From Octopus bimaculoides (lineage: Eukaryota), in NCBI RefSeq assembly GCF_001194135.2, contig NC_068982.1, forward strand, positions 41,386,366-41,450,365: DNA of 64,000 bases, given 5' to 3'. Positions 48,347 through 60,738 of the stretch are shown one piece after another (positions within the stretch are counted from its first letter, which is position 1; each line of letters begins with the position of its first letter). The translations under genes were made by a program, and so were the position numbers. The notes beneath the pieces are model-generated. The model made no database searches and was not told where the DNA came from. It saw nothing but the letters and a program-made list of their open reading frames with translations.

Positions 48347-51074
48347 GTGTGTTTGTGTGTCTGCGTTTTCCCCCCACCACCATCGCTTGACAACCGATGC
48401 TGGTGTGTTTACGTCCCTGTAACTTAGCGGTTCGGCAAAAAAGAGACCGATAGAATAAGTACTAGGCTTACAAAGAATAAGTCCTGGGGTCGATTTTCTC
48501 GACTAAAGGCGGTGCTCCAGCATGGCCGCAGTCAAATGACTGAAACAAGTAAAAGAGAGAGAAAGAGAGATACCATTCTGAAAGTCTCACAGGCTGTGGA
48601 TTACCCATGACTGATGTAGAGCGACTAGTTGAACCTTCAAGTTTGCTGGAAAAGCAATTACAGTCATGGACCTCTTCTTTTCAACCATTTCCCTTCAAAG
48701 TGTTGTACATCTTCATTCACTGAGATCGTCCCACAATGATCTACAACCAGCAAGTTCAGTAATTATATGGTTCGTAAGTAATTAAAAAGACAATGAATAA
48801 CGTGCTGTGTGCCCTAATTAAGTCAACCCAATAGAAAATGGGTCAAGTAATAATCATTGTTGAACAATCCTACCATAACTATGAGGAATGTGAACTGTCA
48901 AATTTTAAAATCTTATTTGATTTTTCACTCTTTCTGTTGGCCATTGTAGAGCTCTACTAAAACCATCAATTTAAACATATTCTTTTGTATAATGTTACGT
49001 ATTTTCTTAAAATCTAACCACTTTATAAGATATTGAGAAATAAAACAGAGAATAGAACTTTTCTGATATATGCAATAATTTAATTGGGGACAGATTTTTG
49101 TAGAGTTTATTTAGGTTTTCTTTAAGAAATTATTCTTAGAGAAATTCTCTATGTAGAATTCTAATTTTCCGATAATTTTTGCAAATTTGTGGTCTACACA
49201 AAAAAAAAACAAAAAAAACGAGAATAATTTAAGGGTGATTTAGCTGTTATTTTTAGCACATTCAACGACCACCTGATACCTTCCTCGTTTCTTTGTCACT
49301 CTGACATGTATTGATGTTCTTCAATATTTTTCTTCCCATAAATACATTTAATGGAATGATGATGCACCGAAGGGTGGCCCACTATTGGGATTTAAGCAAA
49401 AAATTTGGACTGTCCGTATTTTAAATTCTAATTTTTTAAAAAATTCGAAAACGAGTGGAACTTTTAAGTTGGGGAGGGGTTAACCCCCCCCCCCCTAATT
49501 GTATGAATTCCCGTACGCAGAACAAATTCGCAAAAATATTTCTGAAAATTCAAAAAAAAAAACGTTACGAAGGGTTATATGGGATCTTTAAACCAGAATT
49601 TTGCCAATCATTTATAAAACTAAATTTTATGAAGTATTTACACTTGTATCTTCCTTTTTCTTGCAATATTTACCATTACTTACTATATATGTATGTGTGT
49701 GTGTGAAGAAGAAGGGAATGAAAAACTCATAAATGACACCCCTACCCACACGCACATACTATATGACCTAGAATAAGCAGGGGAATAAAAAATGATTCTG
49801 AAGAGATGGGTCTGAAATAAATGAATTGCTTGTATTTTTTTTCCTCTTTGAAATGTAACCACTTCCCCATCCTCTCTCTTCTTAAAAAAAAAAGTTTCTA
49901 AAAGCCAGAAGTGAAAAGTAATAAAGGAGAAATTAGATTCTGTTAATAATGACGGTTCACTTTGAAATATACTTATATCAATACAGAAATCATATATATT
50001 TACTATTTTTTGTTCCTTTCCTCCTTTCGTTGTTGATAAAAAGGAATACAAATAGAGGATGGGGGAATTGGCGGATCTCTAAGAAAATCGGATGTTTTGC
50101 AGTATTTGGCTTTAAATTCAGAGATCAGATCCCGTCACCTGTCCACCAGGCATCCAAAGATGCATTTGGCAGAGTCAACTCTATTGCAAGGATTTGGGTT
50201 AGGCCTTCTGTTTGAAAATAGTTTCCTCCGTCTCATCTACCAGTTTCGGTAGCCATGTAAAAAGGTCAAGGGTACCGTCTTCATGCTTTTAATTAATAAT
50301 CGGCAGAAGTTACAGAGTGACTCCTAAGGTCGATAGTTTCGAAGCGTTACCATTTACCAAAAAACACGAAACTCTTAGCAATCGAGTCACTTTGAAACCT
50401 ACCGATTAATACCCCACCCATATTCTCTTGTTTTGAGTTCTATTATATATATAGGTAATCTTATCCGTTACAGGCAACAGTAGCAGTATTAGATTAAAAT
50501 ATATTATGTTACACAGATGCCACAGACACACATACATGCATATATAAACACATTGAAATTCTAGGAGGAAATTACAGGAGTGGTTAACGGAAAAAAAAAT
50601 GAAAGATATATATGTATATATATTTCCACACACTAAATTCTGCATTTAAGAAAGATGACATACAAATAATGTGAATTAGAAGACATCTAAATATATGAAT
50701 TCGATATCGATTCGGGAGTCAGAAATATTAAGCAGAACCGACACCTTACAGAGAAGGGGGGGGGGAAAGGGTGCAGTCAAGTTGGTGAAACCTGCATACT
50801 TGATTGTATTGTTATTTAGAAAAAAAAGAATTGTAACAGTTATGCCTTTATTAATTATATTATTATATGGTTCGTAAGTAAATCATCGGAGCTTTAACAT
50901 ATGTGTGGTAAACCGTAGCAATTAAAAAGAAGCAAAAAACGTGTCTTGGTGTTTTCATCAGGGTGAAGTGAGGGGGGGGGAGCTTAAAATATCTCATTGT
51001 TTAAAGAAAAATTAATGAAACATGGAATTCTTTAGCTGAAATAGCGATATAAATAAACAAAGATTCAAACTCAC

Positions 51075-51335
51075 CAAATAAATAAGATACTCCTATGGTA
51101 ATTTAGTATTAACAAATATTCAAATATTACATATGCAAAAACCGAAGAAGGATTCTAAATTGAAATGACCGCGGTTCCTTGTTGAAATTCTGAGCTCGAT
51201 TCTGATTGGTCGAATCTCTACAAAGCGCCATCTGTCGACTTTATAAATTTAAACCTCATTATCATATTCCACACCGGAAGTTGCAACTCAAATAGTTTCT
51301 ACCGATTTCCAAGACGAGGGAAATCTTTGAAAGTA
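51075..51335. promoter_or_regulatory. Probable bidirectional promoter and non-coding first exons shared by ARHGAP19 (-) and ANAPC4 (+)
   Basis: CpG-enriched unique sequence between divergent genes; TCTGATTGG (CCAAT box) 51201-51209; ACCGGAAGT (ETS) 51273-51281; TTTGAA 51326-51331; minus-strand G|GTGAGT donor at 51075/51074; possible plus-strand donor at 51333. Confidence 0.55.
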
Positions 51336-52509
51336 ATTATCTGTTAAGCCATCTATTTATTTACTTCGGTTTATTTATAATTTATGATTAATATAAATGT
51401 ATAGGATAAGAAAAAAAAAAAAAAAGAATGAAGATAAAATTTCTCCACTGCATTTGTTTGTATCGAAAAATCTACTTTTATTAACCACGGATGTTTTTAA
51501 AAATTAATTTGTATGGTGCTCCAGCGTGGCCGAAAGTAGTAAAAGTATATATATATATATTCATACATCTGTGTGTCGTTGTGTCTCTATGCACCTACCA
51601 CGATTTGGCAACCGGTGCTGGTTTGTTTACGTCTTCGTAACGTAGCATTTCGGCAAAAGTGATCGATAAAATATGTACCAGGCTTAAAAAAATATAACAG
51701 CTGGGTTCGATTTGTTCGACTAAACCCTTAGTGCTCCAGTATTGCTGCAGTCCAAAGACAAATAAGTAAACGATGAAAGATAAAAAGATAAACTTGATGG
51801 TTTCTATATTTTAGAGTATTTTAATTAGGAATGAAAAAAGAAGGATTAATTATACTTTTCTTTTATTGAATATTCAATCAAATATTTCATATATAGGTTT
51901 TGAAGCGTGGAGAATTTCCAATTTATTATTTTTTTTTTTGCCTTTGTATTTCCTTGCATGCTTTCATTCTCAGACGGTTTGTTTACCTTTTAGCGGCGAA
52001 ATTTCTGCTGACAAGCAACATGTTCTTTCAGAATTCGCTTAACACATTTACACACTTAACTAATTATACAATCTCAGATACGTAAAATATTCGAATTTTT
52101 TTTCAAATTGCACCTCGAAAATTAAATAATTGCATCCGGAAAAATCCAATCATTAACAGCAATTCAATTTTACACTTTAAGTGCAGACTGTTAGATTATT
52201 CTTCTATTGAAAATTATATCATCGATAACTGATATCTTGGTTACAAAAGCACATTTCATAATCGTTTGAGTATATAAAAAGTCTCTATATCATGTCAAGT
52301 TTTGTAACTCAAACTGAAGTTTCGCTTTCTTCTTTGAACTTCTTTGTATTTTATCCATTATATGTATCTCACATTCATACATAACCCTGTTAGGCGTTAG
52401 GTTTTTCAGCATATTCAGTGTTTACTGTTAATCCGTTTTCAGAGGGAAACCACTTTCTTTTCTTTAACTGATCCCACCCCGCCATCGAAAGAAACAACTC
52501 AAAACTCCG

Positions 52510-52678
52510 GGTAATTTTTCAGATTAACACCCGCACGATCTTCACTAGGGTTTAGGGTTAGCGTTACGGTTAGGGACGGAAGTCCGTAACCCAAACCCTA
52601 AAACCTTAACCGTAATCCTAATCCTAAGATCCTAACATCCTAGTGAAGATCGTGCGGGTGTTAATCTGAAAAATTACC
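52510..52678. mobile_element. MITE-like element with perfect 40-bp TIRs enclosing telomere-like repeats
   Basis: 52510-52549 is the exact reverse complement of 52639-52678; interior has TTAGGG-like then CCCTAA-like units. Confidence 0.75.
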
Positions 52679-52999
52679 AAATTCCTTTGTTTCTTGTCAG
52701 TTCTTCCTGGTGGTTGTAGTGTCAGCTTTTGGTTGCTAAACATTTAAAATCATATCAACATGATAAAGTCAAGAAAAGTCTCTGTTCAGTCTGAAATAAA
52801 ACCCTTCTTACTATCTCAAAAGAAGTGAAGGACTCGTTGAACAATGTATTCCTATATACATTCTACGGAGACATTTAATGTGACCCTAGATGTACACTGC
52901 CTTAGTAAGAAGTGATAGGATGTCATGACCAAAATGTCTGTGATTCAAAAGGCCTGTTCTTTTAGTGCCAACCTGCGTTAACAATACTACAATTTAGGT

Positions 53000-53950
53000 T
53001 AAATAGCTATATGGCTTGTGCCATTGAGAACTCATCAATGAATCCCAGTTACACTTGCTAGACTTCATTCTCATGCACTGGGTCTATTTAGATAAGAAGT
53101 TTTATACTTGCTATATCTGAAAGAAGGGGTAGTCCCTCCGAGACTGGTGAGTTAGACGTACCATTCAACCTGTTGCAAATCAACATCTGTAAGAAAGACA
53201 TAAGCAAGGAAAAGAGAACCAATGTTATGTGGAAGAAAAACTGGAAATAGGGGTTAATGTGGGGCTGGTGGAGGAATGCATCAAGGTGATGAGTGGGTTA
53301 GAGGTGTGTATACCCGTGAGAAAGTTACGCGAGACCAGCCAGCTTTGTAAAACAGGCCATTATACTAGCAATAGAAAAGACTGAGAGGAGACAGCATGAC
53401 TGTGGGCCTGACGCTGAAGTGTGTCTGTTAGCAATTTAATCTTCTCAGGATGTGTTCCACGGTGTTTGTGTGCATAACAGGGCTTCACTTGAATTTTGTA
53501 GTGTCTGTAACTGTTGGAGGCTGAAACACTTTCTGGTCCTGAAGAAACGGGCTAGTTTTTGGGATGTGGTCTTAGCTATGTTAAGGATATTTTTGCTAGG
53601 AGAGATCCTTGGTGATAGTGAGGACCACTATTTGGAGAGAATGGGAAAGCTCTTGTTTAATGTTACTTATGTTAAAGTAGGGTGCAGTGGTGTTTTTTTT
53701 TTTATATGAGTAGTGCTTAGTTTTTTCTACGTTTGCTGTTAAAAGAGACAAGATTGGTTTGGCCCTATCAGAGAATGTTCTTAAGATGTCTGTTCATGGA
53801 ATCAATGTAGGTTTTGCATATGGTGTTTAGATTGAATGTGGCTGATGTATGGTTGGGGCAGGTTAGGTAGGAATGAAGGATCGTATCGTCTGCATAAGAG
53901 TGATTGATGTATAGAAGGAATCTTGGGGCGCATTAATGGTGATTGAGAGG
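53000..53950 (-). mobile_element. Decayed CR1/L2-like LINE 3' fragment
   Basis: Minus-strand LYINHSYADDTILHS (YADD at 53896-53885) and ILNIAKTTSQKLARFFRTRKCFS...YKIQVKP segments with frameshifts; boundaries approximate. Confidence 0.75.
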
Positions 53951-55619
53951 GAAGTGGAAAAAGCTCCATCAATACATATTGTGATAGTGTGGCATTAGGA
54001 AGGGCATCCAGCTGTAGAAACCAAGCCAAGACAGACTATGGAACTTGGTGTGGCCAACCCATGCCAGTATGGAAAATAGACATTAAATGTAATGATGATG
54101 ATCTGATAGAAAGTTACCATACCAAGGAATGCAGTTTACAGTAAATAATGCACTCACATTGCATTTAAAAGTAAAAAATTTTCTTGTGTTTGTGATAAAT
54201 AAATTTGGCCACTTGTCTAATACCACTGTTATTAAAACACGAAATCTAGAAAAGATGGAACGTTGACATTTTGTTGCATTTTCCAAGCTTCTGGGATATA
54301 AAACTGCTTTAATCTAATTAGTGGCTGAATTGATTGTGATCAACATATTTCCATCATTTTGTATGTTTCTTTCCTAGAACTATTTTATCAAACATCACAA
54401 AATCTAATAGATTCTTCAGTACCTCTATCAAGGTTAGGGCACCAAATATAAGCTTCCATTAGTGCAAGTTATGTGCCTTTTTGTATGTGTCACAAATTTT
54501 GGACAAAATTTTTGTCTATAAAGTTCAGGAATGATTAGCATGTTTTTATTGAATATAGAATTATTCTTTACAACCAGTTTAGATGAATGAGAACTTATTG
54601 TGCTAAAAGTGTTGATCTAGACCCTTATTTTCCAACCATGTGCTGTATTTTTTTTAAAGTGAACATAAAGGTATATTGTTGAAATGACTGTCCTTAACAG
54701 TCTGAACTTTAGCTAAAACAAATTCATCATTAACTGCTTTATGCATTATAGAACAGTTTATCAAACTGATCTGTGTCATAATGCACACTATTAAGCTATC
54801 AAGATTGATTGCTTTTTTTTTTACTGAGCATGTGAATGATTTTAGAAATCATATAGTGATAATGTAAGTGTGTATATGGGTGTCTGCTGTAAAATCCCCC
54901 CCCCCCCGGTAACAAAAGTCTCGAAAGAAAATGAATTGCAAAAACTAATGATCAGACACCTGTGTGAAAAATGTCTTAATCTTCCTATATACCATACCAC
55001 TGCATTAGTTTAATGTTCAGAATTACACCAGTTTCTTTGAGTTGTGGAAAGTGTATAACTAACATATATATATATAGGACTTTCCATTTTGAGACATTAT
55101 TCCTGCTACTGCAATTTCAGAAGTCACAATAGTTGAAAAAGTTATGTCATCATCATCATCAGCAGCAGCAGCACTTAATGTCTGTATTCCATGCTGGCAT
55201 GGGTTGGATGCTTGGCAGGAACTGACAAGGCCAGAGGTTGCACCAGGTTCCATAGTCTGTTTTGGCTTGGTTTCTACAGCTGGATGCCCTTCCTAATGCC
55301 ATCCACTTTAAGGAGTGTACTGGGTGCTATTTTCATGGCACCAGCACCCACACCAATGCGTTTTATGTGGCACCTTGGTTTTAGGATCTCAATTCTGTTT
55401 TGGTAGGTGGATTTACAGTACAACAATGCACCATATATTGTGGTCCTCTATCATCTTTGTAAGGTTCAGCATTTTGAGATCGGCCTTCAATACTTTATCC
55501 TATGTCTTCCTGGGTTTTCCTCTCCCACAACTTCCCTCTACTTTTAAGTTATTAAAAAAATAAAATCTGACTGTAAATTATAAACTGATCTGATGTATTT
55601 CCAGGAACTCGTTATCAAA

Positions 55620-55733
55620 ATGGAACAGTCTACATTTCGCCAGACAGAAGATCGACATGTATCTGTGGAAGTTACGTCAATGCTCTGGTCACCAAAAATG
55701 GACCTTATTGCATTAGCAAATCTTCAAGGGGAG
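55620..55733 (+). CDS. ANAPC4: Anaphase-promoting complex subunit 4, first coding exon (MEQSTFRQTEDRHV...WSPKMDLIALANLQGE)
   Basis: WSPKMDLIALAN is characteristic of the APC4 WD40 N-terminus; acceptor before 55605, GAG|gtaaat donor. Confidence 0.93.
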
Positions 55734-55868
55734 GTAAATATTAAAAAAAAATTCTTCAATTTAGTAAACCCAGAATTTTAAAGAATGCTTACTGTCATTT
55801 CTTTGTATTAAAAATATTGCTCCATTTTTCTAATATTATACAATGAAACTTTTTCTTCTGTTTGGTAG

Positions 55869-55968
55869 GTTGTTCTGCATCGTCTTTCTTGGCAGAAGGT
55901 TTGGACTATTCCTGCTCCAGCTGATAATGTTACTGTTGGTAGTATGGCATGGCGCCCAGATGGCCGGA
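55869..55968 (+). CDS. ANAPC4: ANAPC4 exon (VVLHRLSWQKVW...MAWRPDGR)
   Basis: LHRL.WQ.VW and AWRPDG APC4 motifs; 100 nt, phase 0/1. Confidence 0.95.
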
Positions 55969-56125
55969 GTAAGTACTTCCCTATTTTAATTGGAAGCTTT
56001 TTATTAATTACTTGTAAGACACTCGAGCTATTTATTCTAATTAGCTTCCATATTTTATAAATTCCATTATTAGATCTAAGTTGTTATGTTATTTTAAGCT
56101 AGTTTAATGTGTTTTTTTTTTTTGT

Positions 56126-56510
56126 GGAGGCGCAATGGCCCAGTGGTTAGGGCAGCGGACTTGCGGTCATAGGATCGCAGTTTCGATTCCCAGACCGGGC
56201 GTTGTGAGTGTTTATTGAGCGAAAACACCTAAAGCTCCATGAGGCTCTGGCAGGGGATGGTGGCGAACCCTGCTGTACTCTTTCACCACAACTTTCTCTC
56301 ACTCTTACTTCATGTTTCTGTTGTGCCTGTATTTCAAAGGGCCAGCCTTGTCACACTGTGTCACGCTGAATCTCCCCCGAGAACTACGTTAAGGGTACAC
56401 GTGTCTGTGGAGTGCTCAGCCACTTGCACGTTAATTTCACGAGCAGGCTGTTCCGTTGATTGGATCAACTGGAACCCTCGACGTCGTAAGCGACGGAGTG
56501 CCAACAACAA
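56126..56510 (+). mobile_element. Young tRNA-derived SINE (family with a decayed minus copy at about 36150-36430)
   Basis: TGGCCCAGTGG A box, GTTTCGATTCC B box, CpG-rich body, (CAA)n tail. Confidence 0.8.
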
Positions 56511-57004
56511 TGTGATTTTGTAATTCAAAACTCATTCTACAAGAATAGGTGCTGGCATGGCTGTATGGTTAAGATTGTTTAGCAACCACATGGTTTCAGG
56601 TTCAGTCCTACTCTATGCTACCTTGGGAAAGTATCTTGTATTATACCCCTGGAGTCATCAATGCCTAGTGAGTGAATCTGATCAACAGAAACAAAGAAGC
56701 CTGATGTGTGTATATGTGTGTGTGTGTCTTTGTGTCTGTCCCCACTCCTATCTCTTGACAACTGGCGTCGGTTTGTTTATGTTCTTGTAATTTAGAAGTT
56801 CTGCAAAAATAACTGATAGGATAAGTACCAGACTTTAAAAAAATAAGTACCGGCAGTTGATTCATTTGACTAAATCTTCAAGGTAGTGCCCCAGCATGGG
56901 TGCAATCCAATAACTGAAACAAGTAAAAGATAAAAGCCAAAACTAAATCCTATCAATGATCAGTATAGATTATAACCCTGTATGGTGTTTGCTGTATATT
57001 ACAG

Positions 57005-57212
57005 TATTGGCTGTTGGTTACACTCATGGCAAAGTATGTCTTTGTCATATTGAGAATGCTGATGTGCTACATGAAGTTAATATCCATGAAGAAGTGACAA
57101 GTATGAGTTGGGTTTCTCAAGTTTTCCCAGACGGCAGTTCTTGGTCTCCTCGTGCTTATCCAGAGGATACTTCAGATCATTACCTACCAAAATTAGAACC
57201 TCTTAATAAAAG
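57005..57212 (+). CDS. ANAPC4: ANAPC4 exon (ILAVGYTHGKVCLCHIE...YLPKLEPLNK)
   Basis: 208 nt, phase 1/2; LAV.Y..G and LPKL motifs. Confidence 0.93.
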
Positions 57213-58220
57213 GTAAGCTTTTTAATACAGAGATGTTATTTATTCCTTTTGGTACCAACCCACCTAAGACCACCCCTGGTTTGGTGATAGAAATCTGTTT
57301 TAATCTAAATTAAAATCTTTCGATAGAATTTTTTGTTAATTTATGTTCCAAACTTTATTATTTTCAAAATTAAACGAAATAAAGGCAGTTTATCTCAACA
57401 GGAATATAGTAGCAATGAAATTAATATTGTTACTGTTGTTGTTTAGCTGACATTGTAAACAATATAGAGCAATGTATTTCACTAAGACGAAATCGTCACA
57501 TATTCAAGGGGAGATTATTTGTAAGAGTTATCCACCTTGTAATCTGCATTTCTGATTACAAGAAGGATAATTCTTAACTATACTCTTGATCGAGTGTAGT
57601 AGCCATAAAAAAAAAATGACAATTCAATTTTCTTAGTAATATTTAATCGTTCTGGTTGATATGTTGCTTCGTTTTCTTGTGCTTAATTTTAGTTAGCCTT
57701 GTTCTTTTTACTTCAAATCTTGCTTCTATTTCTTCTTATATTTGTTGTTGTTATGCAGCATGTCTCCTCTCATCATTCTCAATGTTACCTCCAACACATT
57801 GCAACATGGAAGATGACTGTTAAATGACGACAATGTCAGCAATGGCCTGCATTAGAGACTTCTGCTAAATCCTTTCCCACAGAACTTTCACCCTCTGACA
57901 CCCCTCTTTTTACCTGCGACCATTGACCTAAAAGTGTTCAAACTGAAACATCATTAATATCATTAATCTACAAAGGTCACTGAATGACCCCTTCTTTGCT
58001 AACTAACTCATTAATCACAATGAGGACTAGGGAAGAAATATATAAATTATATGTAACTAATATAATTTCTGTTACAGTAGACATTTCAACTTGGGTTGAA
58101 GCACTCAATATTCTTTCTAACTGGAAATTATATCTATATGTTATAGCCTTATATCCTATATTGTATAATTATCCGAATATATTATTACATTAACTGAGGT
58201 CTTTCGATGTATGTTTGCAG

Positions 58221-58265
58221 AGAAGAAAGTGTTGAAGATGCCAAGAAAGTTAAAAATCAAAAAGA
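58221..58265 (+). CDS. ANAPC4: ANAPC4 small exon (REESVEDAKKVKNQK)
   Basis: tttgcag/gtaagt boundaries; 45 nt, phase 2/2. Confidence 0.8.
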
Positions 58266-58354
58266 GTAAGTACAGATTTATATAATGAAACTTTGGAACT
58301 CCTATACCAGGACTCCTCTACTGGATGCTGCTTAAAGTCTTACCCTGGACATAC

Positions 58355-58388
<34 letters not shown>

Positions 58389-58517
58389 ATATGCGTGCGT
58401 GTGTGTGTGTATATATATGTATACACACACACATGCACGCACGCACACACACACATATATGTATTTGTATATACACACACATACATATGTATACATATAT
58501 GCATATATATGTATATA

Positions 58518-58920
58518 TCATCATCATCATCATCGTTTAACGTCTGCTTTCCATGCTAGCATGGGTTGGACAATTTGACTGAGGACTGGTGAAACCAGAT
58601 GGCTACACCAGGCTCCAATCTCATTTGGCAGAGTTTCTACAGCTGGATGCCCTTCCTAACGCCAACCACTCAGAGAGTGTAGTGGGTGCTTTTACGTGTC
58701 ACCCGCACGGAGGCCAGTCAGGCGGTACTGGCAACGGCCACGCTCAAAATGGTGCATCTCATGTGCCACCCGCACAAGAGCCAGTCCAGGGGCACTGGCA
58801 ACGATCTCGCTCGAAAATCCCACGAAGGCCAGTCAGGCAGCACTGGCAACAGCCACGCTCAAAATGGTGTATCTCATGTGTCACCCGCACAAGAGCCAGT
58901 CCAGGGGCACTGGCAACGAT
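58518..58920 (-). mobile_element. SINE family C with (GAT)n RTE-like tail and internal minisatellite (many copies, e.g. 13215-13595, 15020-15310, 25857-26030, 27487-27830, 55150-55385, 60380-60560)
   Basis: Shared TTAGGAAGGGCATCCAGCTGTAG and CCCATG(C/T)AGCATGGAAA...TTAAA(TGA)n blocks. Confidence 0.75.
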
Positions 58921-59025
58921 ATATACACATGTATACATATATGCATATATATGTATATACATATACATACACATAAATACATATGTGTATATATATGTAT
59001 ATATATATATATACACAAATATACA

Positions 59026-59074
<49 letters not shown>

Positions 59075-59085
59075 ATGTATGTATG
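58921..59085. repeat. Compound (TA)/(CA)/(TG) microsatellite
   Basis: Direct reading; a similar tract lies at about 58350-58518. Confidence 0.85.
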
Positions 59086-59632
59086 TACGTCCGTCCGTCC
59101 CCTGTGCTGGTAGTACGTAAAAAGCACCATCCGAATGTGGTCAATGCCGTGCTGGTGGCATGTAAAAACCACTCACTACACTCTCAGGTCTACCACAGGG
59201 CTGATCTAGAGTAAAACCACCAGACCGGTACTTCTCAAGCCATCGATGTACAGTGCACTCATTTGTCACATCTTCACCAAACATCTGATTGTTGTTTCAA
59301 GCTGTCTAGGATGCATTGGTTCTACAATGGAGCTCATATTCAGAAACAGCACAATTTTATTATCTACTCATGGGTTCACAAAAATTGATTTACGAGAGAA
59401 AACTCACAATATAATCAGACACCATGAATTGCATTTTGCAAAGTGATGATGTAACTCTTCAGTGTTGCAAAACAAAGAATTGTCAGGATAAAACATTAGA
59501 GTTAACAACTGTCAAACTTGGTACATAAGAAAATTGGACATTTCATTCTTAATGACCTGATATATATATATATGTATATATATACACACACACATACACT
59601 CACACACATATAAACACACCATATACACACAT

Positions 59633-59667
<35 letters not shown>

Positions 59668-59882
59668 ATCAATTATAAACGTCCACAATAAGATAAAGTA
59701 TGAATGTATGTTACAAAATAAGTAGTTTTTAATAGAATTTGCTTGTTTTATGTACCTTACTTAAAATGTTTCCATCTCAGAGCTTATAGTTTGCTTACCA
59801 TTAATTGTGTGTTTTTATTTTTAGTCTGTTTTTTCATATTTGATTTTTTTCTTCTTATTCGTCCATCTATTATTTTTTTCAG

Positions 59883-59991
59883 ATTAAATCTACTAGTTGT
59901 TGGTTCAGCTGTTGGAAATGTCTATTTGTTTGCTTATGGTATATTTCCATGTGGATCTATAATCTTAATGCATCCTAGCATTCAGGACAAG
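59883..59991 (+). CDS. ANAPC4: ANAPC4 exon (ELNLLVVGSAVGNVYLFAYGIFPCG...)
   Basis: LN.LV.G...G...L.AYG.F APC4 motif; 109 nt, phase 2/0. Confidence 0.93.
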
Positions 59992-60630
59992 GTATTGTCT
60001 TTCATTTAAAAAATTGTATTTGCATGTTGTATAGTTCATTCTGCTTAATTATATAATTTCAATGATTGAAGTTATGCAATTAACTGAATTCATATAGTAG
60101 GCAATAAATTTATGAGATTTCAATGTATTATCAGTAGCAAGGTATTGTGGCTATGTTACATAAGTATGGATTCTTCTTCATCATCATCATCATCACCATC
60201 CTTTTTTGTAGAGGATTAGATGTCAGGGGCTGAAGTATTTTCTGGCTTTGAAGAAGAAGCCAGTCTTTGTGATGCAATCTTTATTTTGTTCAGGATATAA
60301 TTCACTTGAAGAGATGTGGTGATAGTAGGATATGGCATTTATAGTGATCTTAAAGGTTTTAACTCCATGTTTGTGTTGGTGCCACATAAAACACACCCAT
60401 ACCGGTGGCGTGTAAAAAGCATCCAGCTCACTCTGTAAAGTGGTTGGCATAGGAAGGGTATCCAGCTGTAGAAAACATGCCAAAACAGGCAAGTGGAGCC
60501 TGGACGAACTATCCAATCCATGTCAGCATTGAAAATGGACATTAGATGATGATAATGATATTTGTGTCAAGTCTAGTGGTTCAGTAATGAATTTAAGTTG
60601 TTTTACTTTGTGTTTATTTTCCTTTTACAG

Positions 60631-60738
60631 AGAAGTCGAGTGAACTCTGCTATGATATCTCAAGATCTGTATACACTCTGGTTAATTCTAGAAGTTACTG
60701 AAGATGATTCTGGTGACTGTGGTTATTACTTAGCCTCG
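60631..60738 (+). CDS. ANAPC4: ANAPC4 exon (RSRVNSAMISQDLYTLWLILEV...YYLAS)
   Basis: ttttacag/gtaagt boundaries; 108 nt, phase 0/0. Confidence 0.88.

Noticed and set aside
49798-49822. CTGAAGA...GAAA hammerhead-like words
   Set aside because: Stem II is not properly closed, and stems I and III cannot be formed; chance match.
50232-50256. MATETGR as the true ARHGAP19 start because it resembles human MATEAQ
   Set aside because: An in-frame TGA follows after seven codons; the similarity is probably coincidental.
56126-56200. Possible tRNA gene
   Set aside because: A and B boxes are present but there is no proper cloverleaf or acceptor stem, and it continues into a SINE body with a (CAA)n tail.
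58589-59214. Overlapping 96-174-aa ORFs
   Set aside because: They arise from the SINE minisatellite and a TA/CA microsatellite.
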